Assembly (NCBI GenBank): GCA_002633005.1
Contig: NMRA01000173.1
Location: 705,269 to 747,775, forward strand
DNA: 42,507 nt
Source of the DNA: Phoronis australis
Lineage: Eukaryota; Animalia; Phoronida
Direction: 5' to 3'
A model generated the notes under the pieces. It was given only the letters and a program-made list of their open reading frames with translations, did no database searches and was not told the origin of the DNA. The position numbers and the translations under genes are program-made. Below, in pieces: positions 1 through 13,222 of this stretch. Numbering within the stretch: position 1 is the first letter of the stretch; each line of letters starts with the position of its first letter.

Positions 1-343
1 TTATAAATTAAGGTTTACCAACTATTATAGCTTAAAACACGTTTTTTCACGCTAAGCTTCGACCGGGAAATTATCGTCTGCTAAAGTAGGTTACCACTGG
101 TAACTGAATATAATTCTCAAGTCAAAGATCCTGACGAGACGATACCCGCATTCAAACTGGAGATCGGTGATTTACAAGTAAGAGGACATGAGAGAAAAAT
201 TTCCCCGAATTAAGATATCATTTTTATGGAAATTATGTGTCTTATTTTTCGTAGCGTATAAGTACAGTACAAAGTGGTTTTTTGAACGTGCGATTATTGC
301 GCGTGCTCATTTAAGTATTCTATTTTCACTCTTGATGACGTCA

Positions 344-416
344 GTCGCTGCGTGGTGTAGTGGTAAAGTCGGCGACTAGCAATGTTAGGGTCCCGGGTTC
401 GACCCCGTCCTCGGTT
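344..416 (+). other. tRNA-like sequence (SINE head or tRNA pseudogene)
   Basis: A box TGGTGTAGTGG (353-363), B box GGTTCGACCCC (396-406), loop CT-AGC-AA; acceptor and anticodon stems poorly paired. Confidence 0.55.
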
Positions 417-3400
417 TCCCGCCAAATCGTTATCTCACTAGTGAGATAACTTTATGGGTTATTACACGGTTGTATCTGCCGTTTGACGCTAATATTGTGG
501 TATAAAGTATTTTATTCGCTTATAATTGTGTGTTTCTGATTCCTACACCATCATGAAAAAGGGATAAGAGGCGCTATTTCGACAATTTCCGAGATGCAAC
601 GTTAAAACCAGTGTGCCGTTTAACATTAGTCGTGCAATTAATCCATTCAACTAATCTTGATGGTCTCAAAATGTTCCTCAGTCAAGTTTGAGGTAATTTC
701 ATGTGAACTTCAAAAGAACTGGTAGTTTGTTATTGCAACTGAAACCAGCCAAGTTCCACTGGTCGCTGGAAAGCCGACGTCTGGAGAGAAATTGGGCCGT
801 GTTCGTAACGGTCGTGGTCTGAATAACGAACTCGAGAACAGTAAGTCGAAGCAAAACCAATCCCAAGTTGCAGATAGCCCGTCAAATTTGAAAAGCTTCA
901 GTCAGAGGATCACAGAGCCAGAGCTCCGCAAACATTAGTCGAAAAAATGTCCGTCACAGCGCCACCTTGCGTCCATTTCGCCCAAAAACAGTCTTTCGAG
1001 CTATGGACTAGATGAACACTGTATTTAAATTTCAGGTTGATCAGATGAAAAAGTGCAATCTCTAGAAGCAGGAATGTGGTAGGCCAAAAAAGTGCAGCTA
1101 GAAATAAGTCAATAAAAGAACAGTCATCTAATTAGTAAATCTGGAATACCTCGAGAACGGTATGTCGTAACGAGAAACGGGTTCACAATGTTGATAGCGC
1201 TTAAAACGATCTATACACATATCGAATTTTAGAAAGTCTCGTCAATGGAAGCAGACGATACGGCACGAAAACTCAAATAATTGGAGAGAAATCGCCCGAA
1301 ATTATCGGATAACTCGAGAACGGTAAATTCTATAGAAAAAAATGAAACACTTTCGATAGCACGTGAAATGATCTGATATCCGCAGACGAAAGTAAGAAAA
1401 TTCCTCTAGAGACAACGGAGCTACAGTTCCGTATACCAAAATAGTGAGAAATATCCGCTGCAACGTCATCTTCAGATTTTAACCAAAAACAACAGGATTA
1501 TATCCATTCACAAGAAACGTGTGTACTAAGATTCCATGTTGATCGGATACGAAATGCGACCTGTAGCGTGAAAACAAAGAAGGAAAGAAACAAAATTTTA
1601 TGACAAAACAGCAGACTTGGATAAATTTTATTTCACCAAGTAATGAGGACACCGTGAAACTTCCACGTATTGCAGAAATCATTCAAATGTTTGGCATGAT
1701 ACAGTTGTCACCAGGGCATCCGCAGCCAAATCCGTCTAACGAAAGCGGGCAGTGTATTAGTTCTGACCCGAATTGTCACAATTTTGAAGTTTGTTCTTGC
1801 ACAGAGCTGCCAAGACATGGGGTTTTCAAACCAAATACCAGCAAAAATTATTGAGTGCTACCTAACGCTCTCCCACCGATAAACGTGCGTCTTTAGTCGT
1901 AAACCCGATAACGTGACTCTAATAAAGCGAGCGTATGACGTCATTATTTAAGAAGTTTCATAACAACATCAGCATGGCAATTTTTACCAGATCTCGCGCG
2001 ACACTGAAAATATCGTCACAAAACAACTTATGTATTATGATTATCAAAACAATGTTATAGTCCGATAAAATTCAATAAGATCACAAACGACTCCATTAGT
2101 GTATCGCTGTTTCACGCAATACTCGCGAGACTAGCGTCGACAGACCAATAAAATAATTGGCGCATAATTGCAGTATCATAACCTGATTCATGCTTTTGTT
2201 ACAATAGGCTTTAGTCGCAATACAACATAAATATGTATTATTCCGTTCGTTATTAGCGTTTGGTGCGACCAGGATGTCCCAAGGGCAAAACACGTTAAGT
2301 AACAATATATGTACGATTGGTGTTACCCTGACAGAGATTCTATTAAAACACATCGTCGAACTAAAAGGAGTGAATTATATGCAGAGTGGTATTATCAACG
2401 GACCGACAACCTTTGCAACCCTAAAGCCATCCGAGGAACCTATTCAAGAGCGAAATTCGACGAAATCATTAGTCACTTGGTTTTATCGTCCATAAGAATG
2501 TTGTTGAATTTTTACACTTATTAGAATTAGAGAGTGTCTTCGGAAAGAAGGTAAAATTTATCTATTTTTAGTTCAATCGTATTTATACTTATAGTGGCGA
2601 TGATCTATTGTCATAAATGTAGATTATAATGTCACGTGCTCAATATTTTTTCGAGCACAAACCGAAACCAGCTTGGACACATTGCGTATAAGTATGAACG
2701 TGTTACAAAAAGGAACTGTTTAATGGGTTGACAAAACATTTCAAGTTAGTTATCTGAATTACGTTTCAAAAAGTTGCAACTAAAGTAGGAAAAAAGATCA
2801 TCCTTAGTTTCACTGCATTACCTGATCTTCTTGATACCAGATGATGTACATCATTACAGTAAACCGTGCGAATATTCACTGTATTTCTGCTGTAGTGGAA
2901 TAGTGTCCATTTCTTACTTTCAGTGAAAAGATGAAACGTTTGAACTACTTGCATAAGCTAACCCTTCTCTGTATTGCCGTGTGTCTGTGTTCATCTCACG
3001 CTGGACTGTACGTGCAAAGAGGTGATCCCCGTTTGTACTTTTATGCCAGGAAAGTCAATTTACGACAAGGTAATTCGCGATTTTTCTCCAATGTTGATAT
3101 AATTTGTGTAATTCATTATAGTGTGTGTAGTAAATCAGGGAATTATGGCAATTTATTTAACTAATATTCAAAATGAAATTATGTGAAATAGTCAAGCAAA
3201 TAGGCGACGGACGATAAATCCGCGATACTTTTGCGACAACGCCTTTTATGCGCACTCATTTTTTAATGGCATCTAAATTGCGGAAGGTACTAAATAGAAT
3301 ATCAACATAGTTGTGACTAATTTGAATAGGATTTCAGTGGCAGTGAATGGAAATATTGTAGTTTAATATCCAGATTTGAAGATGGTATAAGTGTAAATGT

Positions 3401-3762
3401 GTTTATATTTGAACCAATTAAAGCTGGAAATTTACCTAAACATACATAAAAGGGTGCTATTAAGTGACTACTTTTGTGATTTCCCCAAAGAGTTCTGTCA
3501 CCTGTTCGGGTTCAATAAGTACTTTCCCTGAGAAATAAACGCACCATTCAGCTATAAAACTTCCTCACTGAGTCAAAAAATGGACTCTGTGATTCGAGGT
3601 GGGAGGTCTATCTGCCTTGACTAAAATTTAGTCACGCTTACTGTTTTATCAACGTTAACAAGGCCGGTTTTACAATTGTACAAAGCTTTTGAGGGTAGTC
3701 GAGGGTTACGGAATTCGTGACTAAGTGAACACGTGTACTGTTAACATACTGATATGGCTTAA

Positions 3763-4264
3763 AAGGCATGGAACGCGAAATATCACCAAAATTATCTTTT
3801 AAACAATTCCTGACGAAATTAACATCTCGCAACGCCTAGTACAGAGTTATTCAATTTCCCGCGTGAGGAAATTTCCAGACATACGCTCTAAGGAATAACT
3901 CTGGTTACCACAGAGTTTCTAATTTCCCTCCCACTTGTGATAAACGCGCACATGCGCTCACAGTCAAATTCTTGAAGTCGCTTGAGGTCAAAGGTCACGT
4001 TTTCCATACATTGGAAATGTGTTACGCCTGCGTCTTGCCATACCTAATAAGGAGACGTGCTTTGCCTTATGGAAGAAAAATACACGAAGAGTCGAGCAGC
4101 TTACAGATCGTTTTTTTTTAAATTTGAAACTGAAAGAAAATGCTTTGATATCAACAGAAATTAAAAATCGTTACGAACCAACCATAAAATACCTGGTGAG
4201 CAGGCTGAATTCTGTTTCAGTGGCAGAAAACCACTTTCAATCTGTTTGTCGAGTTCCAGGCCTT
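3763..4264. mobile_element. Non-autonomous TIR element, Kolobok-like (family A, copy 1)
   Basis: TTAA|AAGGCATGGAACGCGA ... TCGAGTTCCAGGCCTT|TTGA; collinear with 16123-16884. Confidence 0.7.
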
Positions 4265-5394
4265 TTGAATATCGTTTTAACAATTTATTTCCTATAGCTT
4301 GAATATGTTCAAATTTAACACAAACATAACCTAGGCATATGTCCTTCAGTGTGAGCCATTGAAGTCTTGTTTACGATTAAGGATTGTATTTCCAACCATC
4401 AAACAATTTTATACGCGCGCCGAATGATGAGACTCGGTGGGCGTACGCCGAATTGCAGCTTTGCAGCTTAAAATTGCACTAGGGCTACGTGAGTGCACAG
4501 TATGCTGTTTGAGAGCAGTAAGCGCGATTGAGAGCAAATTTTGGTGTCGTTAGGGGTAACAGAGTGCGATTCACTGCAAGTTGCCTAAGGTAACTTAAAA
4601 TCAAATAAGTTTAGTATTCCCGAAAATAATGAGCAAACAACTGGTGGTGAGTGTTACATGCTATTTATCACTTATATTTCTCACTAGCAGTCACTATGTT
4701 TTATTCTAATGTACTTAACTCTTTCTCATAACATGCAATTCACTTCTCTTTTACCACATTTTTCGTCGAGGAGTGCTCGTGAGAATATAATTTTGTGTTA
4801 ATAGTTGTGGTTCACAAAAAGGATATAATTGTCTTGCATGAGAAAGGAAACACAGCTTGCGAGAGAAATAATGCAGTCATAATTTAAGGAGAAAACGTTC
4901 TGAGCAGCAGAAATCCTGACGTGAAAGATTGGTGATTAAACAAAAAGACGTAAACTAAAATATATGGAGTTAACTATAATGAACATATCAGTCGAGTTCG
5001 ATCGATCTGAGAGCAGTTATTGGTCGTGGTCTTAATTGGCGTCGACATTTTGACCCGGCTTTGTGCGTGCGAAAGCATTTAATGGTGCATTATGTTGCTG
5101 AGTGTACTGTACTTGTACCTTTTTAGACACAGGTTTTTAAAATGAAGTTAAGTATCTTCCAAAGCTTGTAAAGTGCTAGTTCCGAGGCCAAAAGTTTGTT
5201 CAATAACTTTTTTCAATTGCAGGAAAATACTGTCTAGTTTACTTCATACGGCTGTAACTTCTTCCGCCTTTGGATGACTTAGCAGGGCTGGGGGGAGCCT
5301 GCCCCACCGCCCCCTCTATGGGCACGACAATAAATCCCCGAGATGCCATTTCCAAGGTTAACACGAACACTTTTTCCTTCGGAAATTGTGATTG

Positions 5395-5603
5395 TGTCTC
5401 CATCCAACCCCCGTATAACTGCCAGAGTACTCTCATCGGGGACACTGTCTCCATTCAACTCCCGTATAACTGCCAGAGTACTCTCATCGGGGACACTGTC
5501 TCCATTCAACTCCCGTATAACTGCCAGAGTACTCTCATCGGGGACACTGTCTCCATTCAACCCCCGTATAACTCAGTACCAGAGTACTCTCAGTCGGGAC
5601 ACT
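5395..5603. repeat. 51-bp minisatellite, about 4 copies
   Basis: Unit tgtctccattcaactcccgtataactgccagagtactctcatcggggacac. Confidence 0.95.
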
Positions 5604-6149
5604 AATATAAATACAGAGTACTAAATAAAAGTGTTAAAACTGGGTACATTCAAACTTACTTATATTCAAAAAGCAGATGACTGCTTCGGCGACATCATCA
5701 GTGCCCACCCGGTGTCGTAGTCGCGCCATTACAAACCATGCTAAATTTTATCTGTTCCTTGCAGATCTAAGCAGAGGTGCAATTACGAAGCGTGGAAACA
5801 AAGAATGGGACGACAGCTGGAAGCATATAATTTTCAAGAGAAGACAGTTTCGCAGGACTGGAGGGAGAATTAACTTTAAGGAATGGAATGTCCCATTGTT
5901 ACATTAATGGAATATCCCATTGTTACATTATATCGCCAAGTCGCACCAATGTGTAAAGACTTATATTTACCAACAGATTACTTGTCTATTTCGCACTGTT
6001 TCAACAGATAGCGCAACTGGTCCAAGTCCGCGCAAGTGAGTCCATACTGGTGGAGGAGGACACAACCAGAAAATTGTCAGACTCTTCCGACATTGCTTAC
6101 TGGCCCTTAGCCTTGCTCGATAGCTGCTGCGTCTAGTGTAAGGGTGGGA

Positions 6150-9100
6150 TAAATCCGTCTATGTATTTTTGAATATAACTGAAACTTCACACGACAATCA
6201 TTTTATCGGCACCAACCATATTACTTCGTTCATAACTTTTTCAAAAGACATTATGAAATTACACATCATCGAATTCCTTGTTCTCTGTCACAGTACCATC
6301 TCTGGAAGAAGAGAGTCGGGCCACTCGGGGAGAGAATGGTGACCGACGCGTAGAAATCCGTGTGTGGGCATCAGTGCGCATGCCTCGATTTGGACAGTTG
6401 TACTAAATATACGGGCCTGGGACACGTTGTAGGAAAGCATAGGTCGTCAAGGCCGGTCGTAACTACGACTGGGCGATCAGTGTGTGTTTATAAGAGCAGC
6501 GTTGCAACTGGGGTTAAGTTAATAATTTAAGTGTCTATATACTTGACTTCCATCGCAAAAACCAAGTTCTGATTTAGATCACTTGCATGTTATGAAATTT
6601 GTCTCAAACTATCTCTTGAGATCAAGTAGTTTCAGGGCTTCCAACCGACAGTTCAATCATATATTTAATTGATACAAGTCTCTACACGTTGCTTGCCTCG
6701 ACGTGTGCCAAGCATGGGCTCAAGGAAGACGAATTGTGAGTTCTTTTCAAAACCCAGAAATAACTTCCATCTGAGTGGAAACTAATTTTAATCATGTTAA
6801 AAGTCAAAAATTCATTGCTTGGACGGAACGAGGGTTTATAGCCGCTTTATCAGCCTCCTTTGCGAGTCACGTACACTGCAAATTAAAATCGAAGCCTCAC
6901 AGCTAAGACCGGATTTTATTGCTTTAACAGATTTATTTAAAAAGTAACTGCCTTTAGGGTGGAATCAGTCAGAATACCTCCCAGTCTCTTGCTCTTTGAA
7001 ATCCTATTCCAAATGCTCCGATAGTATAGCGCTCCCTTATGACTGTCAAGTCCATTCTTATGAGAAAGGTATAAATGGAACACTGAGAAGAGACTTCCGT
7101 TCGTCGGAAATTTTAATTCAAAGTTGGATCATTTCTGCAGAAGTTCAAGGAAAAACAAAACTTTCGCGTTAATCTGAGTAGTAGGATGGTTGGACTAAAA
7201 CAAAAACACACCACGAGAGTTTTGGAGTTTAGTAAAATCATGTTGTAGTAAAAACATTGGTCAGAACTCGATCTGTCCGGACGAGTGATATTGTTATTTT
7301 AAGTCTCTATTCAACCCTGTTACCCAGAAGGACATTGACATTGTCACAGAAGCTGAAATGGAAGCAGTGTTGCATGTGAACTGTATTGTCTTAACAATTC
7401 CCCCGCGTCACTGAGTCGGGCGTTTACTGTGGAAGAAGTTCTGAGTGTAATTAAAAAGTGCCTAACGGCTGCGGGCATCGATGGCCTTACTTTTAAATTG
7501 TTTAAACAAAGTAAATTGCTCATTGCACCACCTTTAACTGATATGTTTAGTAAGATATGGTCCTCTGGTGATTAGCCACAAGTATGGTACGATGCTATCA
7601 TTTTTTAAACAAAGTTCAATTAATGACGTGGGTAACTATCTCTGTATTGCGTTGTTGTCTGTAGTTGGAAAAATATTTACCATTTGGGTAAATGAAAACA
7701 ATTTTGTTCCATGAATTTCGAGCAGAATTTAGGATGGGTTATAGCTCTGTTGGTCAAATTTTTACTTTACAAGGTATGGTACAGAGATATATTTCAAAAA
7801 GAAGGGGACGATTTCATTTCTCCCGTACTTTCGGAAATAGTCCACAAAAAAAATGATTTGCATGGCAATGTTCTGACGATTTTGAAAAGTATGTAACAGT
7901 AAACTGAGAGCTTGCACGACAACAGATGGCGGCCTGACTGAATTATTTGATTACGTCATTGGAACACGACAAGGGTTATGCTGAGCCTAGTTCTACTTGT
8001 AATGTACCTTGATGAGTTTGTTAATTATCTTACCAAAGAAAATGGTGGTATATATTTATCAGTGAAGATGTTCTTGAGCTGAGTGTTTTGTATGCAGATG
8101 ATATGGTCGGCTGTACTGACACTCCAGCGCCACATAAATGTTTTAGACAAGTACTGTCGTCACTTGGGAATGAGTTTAAACTTGGCAAAAGTTGTCGTTT
8201 TCAGACGAGGTGGGCCATGGCGCAATTACCAAAAATGGCACTTTGATGGCGAAAATATTACAGGGTCCTCGTTTTACAAACATCTCGATCGGAATATGTT
8301 TAACCCCCAAATTTGTGTGGTCACAGGCTGCCGAGACATTTTCTACTCAAGCAATTGAAAAATTTCAGCACAAATGTAATAATCTTCCACCAGCAGTTGT
8401 CTTTGGCGTTTTTGACAAAATGGTTTCCCAATCCTCAGTTATGGCGCTGAAGTGTAGGTATTCAACGAGTAACACTGTATAGAGAATGTTCACATGACAT
8501 TTTGTAAAAGTCTGCTGGGTGTTGGCAGGAGCTGCAGTAATAGTACCGTTTTGGGTGAGCTCGGGAGATTCCCGCTTTTTGTCAAGTTGTTTTTAAAGTT
8601 AATCAAATATTGGTTAAATTTATTAAAATTGTCCTCTTGTTGGTCTATCATATGCTTGTGAAATAAGACGAGGCGGGAAGATCTGCATTTGCCGGATCTT
8701 TTAAGGCACAGCTAAACAGTTATGGTTTTGGATTTGTGTGGCTTGAGTAAGGAGTTAGGTGCTTAGAATTATTTCTACAGGCCTTTGAACAAAGAATTGA
8801 AGGATTGCTTTTTACAAGAATGAGATACAGACGTGCAAAACAATTCAAAATTATATAGTATTGTTTCATTCAAATTGCCCCATTGCTTCATTAAGTTCCT
8901 TTGCAAGGTTCCGATCATCAAGTCACATACTATTGGTCGAGTTGGGAAGACATCTATTTGTTGATAAATATCTACGTATATGTTCTTTATGTAAACAAAG
9001 CTCAAGTCAAAATTTTGTGGAAGATGAATTTCATTTTATTTGTGTATGCCCCTTCTACAATGATCTGAGAATAAAATTGCTGCCTAACTTGTATTGGACC

Positions 9101-9172
9101 AACCCAAGTGATCGGTTTTTTTTGAGATTGATGCGGAGAATTTCTGATCCCTGTGTCAGTTCTGTGTACTGA
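6150..9172 (+). mobile_element. Decayed non-LTR retrotransposon (LINE) ORF2, RTEX/CR1-type; 5' boundary approximate
   Basis: Frameshifted RT motifs: IALLSVVGKIFT (~7645), GTRQG (~7961), LYADD (8088-8102), VLGELGRFPL (~8550). C-terminal ARFRSSSH..VELGR..CSLC..EDEFHFICVCPFYNDLR zinc motif. Weak endonuclease-like remnants near 6170-6590. Confidence 0.88.
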
Positions 9173-9523
9173 ATATGCCCCACGGAAATGGCAGGTTTGT
9201 CACGGAAAGTCACGACATCAACTCCACACTTAGCCAGACCATTTCGTAACCTTCCGTGATGAACCGGCAATTGCCGTCCATTCGCAACTCATCGGATTAT
9301 TCCGTACCCTACTTACGTGAAGCACATTGACAGTACGCAGCGACTTTTTGGGAAGATTTTTGTGATTTGACGTCGAATTTGTTGCAAACTCGGTGGAGCA
9401 GGACACCGTAATTGGTGTTGGGAGAAAGAACAATTCCTCACGGTTTGTTGAACCCGTTTTGTTTAAATTTATAGAGTTTTGTGTTTGCTATGGAAGGATG
9501 AATAGAAGGACCCGTGGAATTAA

Positions 9524-10651
9524 AGGCGAAGGCAACCTTTTTTCATGTCATTTTTAGCAAAAATAGGGTTTGTTGATTATCCCAGACATATTTTTCACTT
9601 ATAAACAGCTTTTCGTAATTTGATTAATTACTCGTTGTCTACTCCGGAAGTGACGTTTTGGGAGGCAAGAATTTCGCGCCAATTTCTTTTCATACAGTCT
9701 GACTGTGAGAGTAGTCGAGTTAGTCATTGTTCTACCTCGGTGGTGATAAGTTCGGTCGTCGTTTGCTCTTGTTTACGAGTCAGTCAACATGCCACGCTGT
9801 TGCTGCCTACCGAGATCTACTCATTATCGTCTCACGTACAGAGGAAGAACTGTCCCACTTGCCCGAGTGTACCGCGACACACTCCCAGTGGATGGTGACT
9901 TGAGCACCCAAACTGCTTACAAAGTCCTGCCGTGCGACTCCCTCGTCACACACGTGGCACCTTCTAACTAGCTCTAATACAAGTCCACAATAAACTTATC
10001 AAACTTAGGCTCAGCGATCTGTTCATTGGATGACGAACTATACTTTTAACTGGGTGTCAAACTGGGCCTGTATTCACTCGCACTACTCAAAATCGCTGCA
10101 GGGCTGCTTACAGGCTCTGGGCTAGAAACAACAGCACACGGAGAATCACTACTAGTTCATGGAATTGCACGCTATAGGGTACGTCCGGAGGCATGGATGA
10201 CAGTAGATGAAGTGCCTCCAGTCACTGTTTATAGTGGCCATGAAAATGCTTGCCACTGCTTTGTACGTTGCGTGAGCGGGTAGCGCTGCGTTCTTCACAC
10301 GAACGAGCTAGCCAAGTACGGCGAAGTGTGTCATCCTTTGGAAAGCGATGCAAAGGTACCTAAAGCGCGTGTGAGACGATAATGAGTACATCATGGTACT
10401 CAGCAACAGCGTGGCATGTTGACTGACTCGTAAACAAAAGCAAACGACGACCGAACTTGACAGCTCTCACAGTCTGACTGTATGAAAAGAAATTGGCGCG
10501 AAATTCTTGCCTCCCAAAACGTCACTTCCGGAGTAGAGGACGAGAAATTAATTAAATTACGAAAAGCTGTAATTAAGTGAAAAATATGTCTGGGATAATC
10601 AACAGACCTTATTTTTGCTAAAAGTGACATGAAAAAAGGTTTCCTTCGCCT
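9524..10651. mobile_element. Non-autonomous DNA transposon with ~300-bp TIRs and TTAA target duplication, Kolobok-like
   Basis: TTAA(9520-23)|AGGCGAAGG ... CCTTCGCCT|TTAA(10652-55); 9524-~9835 is the reverse complement of ~10370-10651. Purine-purine 5' termini with TTAA fit Kolobok rather than piggyBac. Confidence 0.88.
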
Positions 10652-10709
10652 TTAATAGTCCGGAGTTGGTATACCTTGTTGTATTCTATATAGTGTATTG
10701 CGGGGACGA

Positions 10710-11502
10710 AAAAGGGACCCACTCAACAAGGCTTTACCGCAAACAGGTGGCGATGTATGTAATATCCCGCTTGGCTAACAGGTGTCGCTACTTTTAAGCA
10801 GTGACGTCAGACTTGTTTAGAAATTTAAAGTAAACAGCCTTCGACCTTGTTAGACTTGCTGTGATTTTTTGTGAATTTTGTGTAAAATCTTGACTCAACC
10901 CAACAGTCCTTTTCAGCACTACGTATTATTCATTCGTTCCTTAAAGTATCTTGTGTTAAATTGTAGTATTACTATTTGTATATTGACAAGCTGGCATAAA
11001 TGTAAAGATTTTCGACTCTTGCACGACTCATTCATAACTTATGAGCCTTCTTCAATTGAATTTTTTTAACACAAGATTTCTTCAATGAGAGATTTTTTGT
11101 TGAATCAAATCTCTGAATTGGCAAAAAGAAATATTAAAAAGTTTAGTAGGGTTTCTCCCACCATATAGCTGTCATAAAATATCACTTTTGTTTTAAGACA
11201 ATTGCTGTTACTGTTACATAACAGTGTTGGATTTGAACAAATTTTGGCGTATTCAGCCCAGAGCTGCTGAAAACGTTGGGCAAAATCACGCTGTTAACGT
11301 TTACCGCGGTGTATTTAAATGGTTTTAATTTCTTAGTCCAAACGCCCTTTGTTCCTAAACCTAACAATCACCTCATTCAGCAGTGTTCAGTCGTTCTTGA
11401 CAGCTAGACAGCTCTTAGACTAAGAGATAAAGCGACAAACCACGTGATTGGTGCACAGCGCTATCTGCTTGCGGTAAAGCCTTGGATGAGTGGGTACCTT
11501 TT
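10710..11502. mobile_element. TIR-bounded element (MITE-like), family unassigned
   Basis: ~45-bp imperfect inverted repeats: aaaagggacccactcaacaaggctttaccgcaaacaggtggcg / cgctatctgcttgcggtaaagccttggatgagtgggtacctttt; no clear TSD. Confidence 0.68.
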
Positions 11503-12153
11503 GCATTGGGGACGGTCAGAAGCTGAGGACACTTGTGCGTAATACGATTAAGAAATATGCAAAAAGCGCAAAAATACCTCTACTGCCACAGGTCGTGGGT
11601 CGTGGGTCGAGGGGTGTGGGGTCGAGGGGTTCTTATTACAATCCCCCGTTTAGCAGGCTTTGAAAGGAGTTTTCATATTTTCCTCCAAATTTTTTAAGGT
11701 TGTCGAAGGTTACAGACCATTATTTTGTTTCAGAAAACTTAACGGGAAAGTCGTTAGTATATCTGTTAATAGGTTAAAATCAGGTTTGTCATTCTTTTAA
11801 CTATGCACGAGACGATAGAAATGTAACATAAACTGCCATGCAGACATCCACGTCTTGTTTTTGCAGTAACTGAGCAAGCATGTCGAATGAGCCACGCAGA
11901 CTGTATACTGATAGCCAGTCCTAAGGTTTGCTCACTGTAAGTGATGCAAACACAAGATGCAGGCCTTTTAATCGAACATTTGCGTCATCTTTGTATTTAC
12001 TGCATGCGTAGTTAACAACAGACAGATTTCGGGGATTAAGGCGGCTAAAACTCGTATTAACATGTCCTATAGTGAAAAATTACGATCCTTGATCCAAGTA
12101 CGAAAATCCCCAATGCCGCGTGTTCTTGAATTCCCTAGGAACAACTAGGGATT

Positions 12154-12398
12154 CACGCGCGCACCCAGGAGGGCTCGGGGGTGGGCTCGAACGAGCGCCC
12201 CATTTGGGGAAGTGGGCAAAAAGTTCCGCATCAGAGAAACAAAAACTAGAAAAAAAAGTAGAAAACGAGACAAAAGTCCACTTAAAAGGCAGGAAATACA
12301 AAAATTCAGTGAATGCACAAATCATAGTTCTGAAGGTACGCCGTAACTTTTAGTAAAAGGTCCACANCCCCCCCCATTGCGGGCTGGGTTCGCGCATG
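12154..12398. mobile_element. Short MITE with GC-rich ends
   Basis: CACGCGCGCACCCAG ... CTGGGTTCGCGCATG; flanks ggatt/ggatc. Confidence 0.65.
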
Positions 12399-13069
12399 GG
12401 ATCGGATTTTCCACTGAGATCTTGATTAAAATTGTGTGAAGCATGTCGGCGTGTTTGGCGGTACATCAGCGAAAGGCACCATATGTGATGTAGCATCATT
12501 GATTGCTGTCTGGTTTATTTAGGCAGTGCTGTGACAACAATAGTTTTGGATTCTGCAAGTATGCACCACGCCTTTTGCAAGTATGCACCACGCCTTTTTT
12601 CCCATCTTTCTATCCAGGCTTTTAAAACTTATTGGATCATCTTGCTGTCCCTCTCAAAGAACACGGTTTTATGATTTCAGTCAGAAATTTGTCAAATCCT
12701 TTGTTTGCATGTCATTTTATAAATAGAAATGTTGGATAAATTGTTTTCATTTTTTTAAAGCGGGTATATTTAAAGGTCGGTTCTAGTTCATGTTTCATTC
12801 GAAAGATCCACCGAATTACAAAATCTTGGTGTTAAGTAACTTATCCATGCCAGCATTTTTCATTTACAATTTGTTATTTATGAAAGGTTTTAGTGAGAAA
12901 TTGCCGCCACTGCTGAACTGTAATTAGTCATCTTTAAATGGTTGTAAACTTGATTATCAACCCAAACCCTACTGAAACGGTTACGTAATACAAAAACGTA
13001 ATTTATGCAGGTAGAGGGAGCTGTACAAAACACAAAATCGATCGTTAGGTCTAAAAATTTTGTATTTTA

Positions 13070-13222
13070 CATAGGCGAATCCATGGGGCTCAAGGGGTCC
13101 GGACAACCCTTTTTGCTTGATTTTAGTGACATCAAATCCAGAATTTTCAAATTGTTGACTTGGACCCCCCTTCTAAAAATCCTTGATCTGACCCCCTTTT
13201 AAAATGCCTGCATCCGCCCCCG
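13070..13222. mobile_element. Short MITE with GC-rich ends (hAT-like)
   Basis: CATAGGCGAATCCA ... GCATCCGCCCCCG; flanks tttta/tttta. Confidence 0.55.

Noticed and set aside
344-416. Functional tRNA-Ala(AGC) gene
   Set aside because: Acceptor and anticodon stems do not pair properly.
5239-5624. Four overlapping ORFs with 17-aa repeats
   Set aside because: Explained by a 51-bp minisatellite that is stop-free in these frames; no independent sign of a gene.
9524-10651. piggyBac assignment because of the TTAA duplication
   Set aside because: Termini are AGG...CCT rather than the CC...GG typical of piggyBac.
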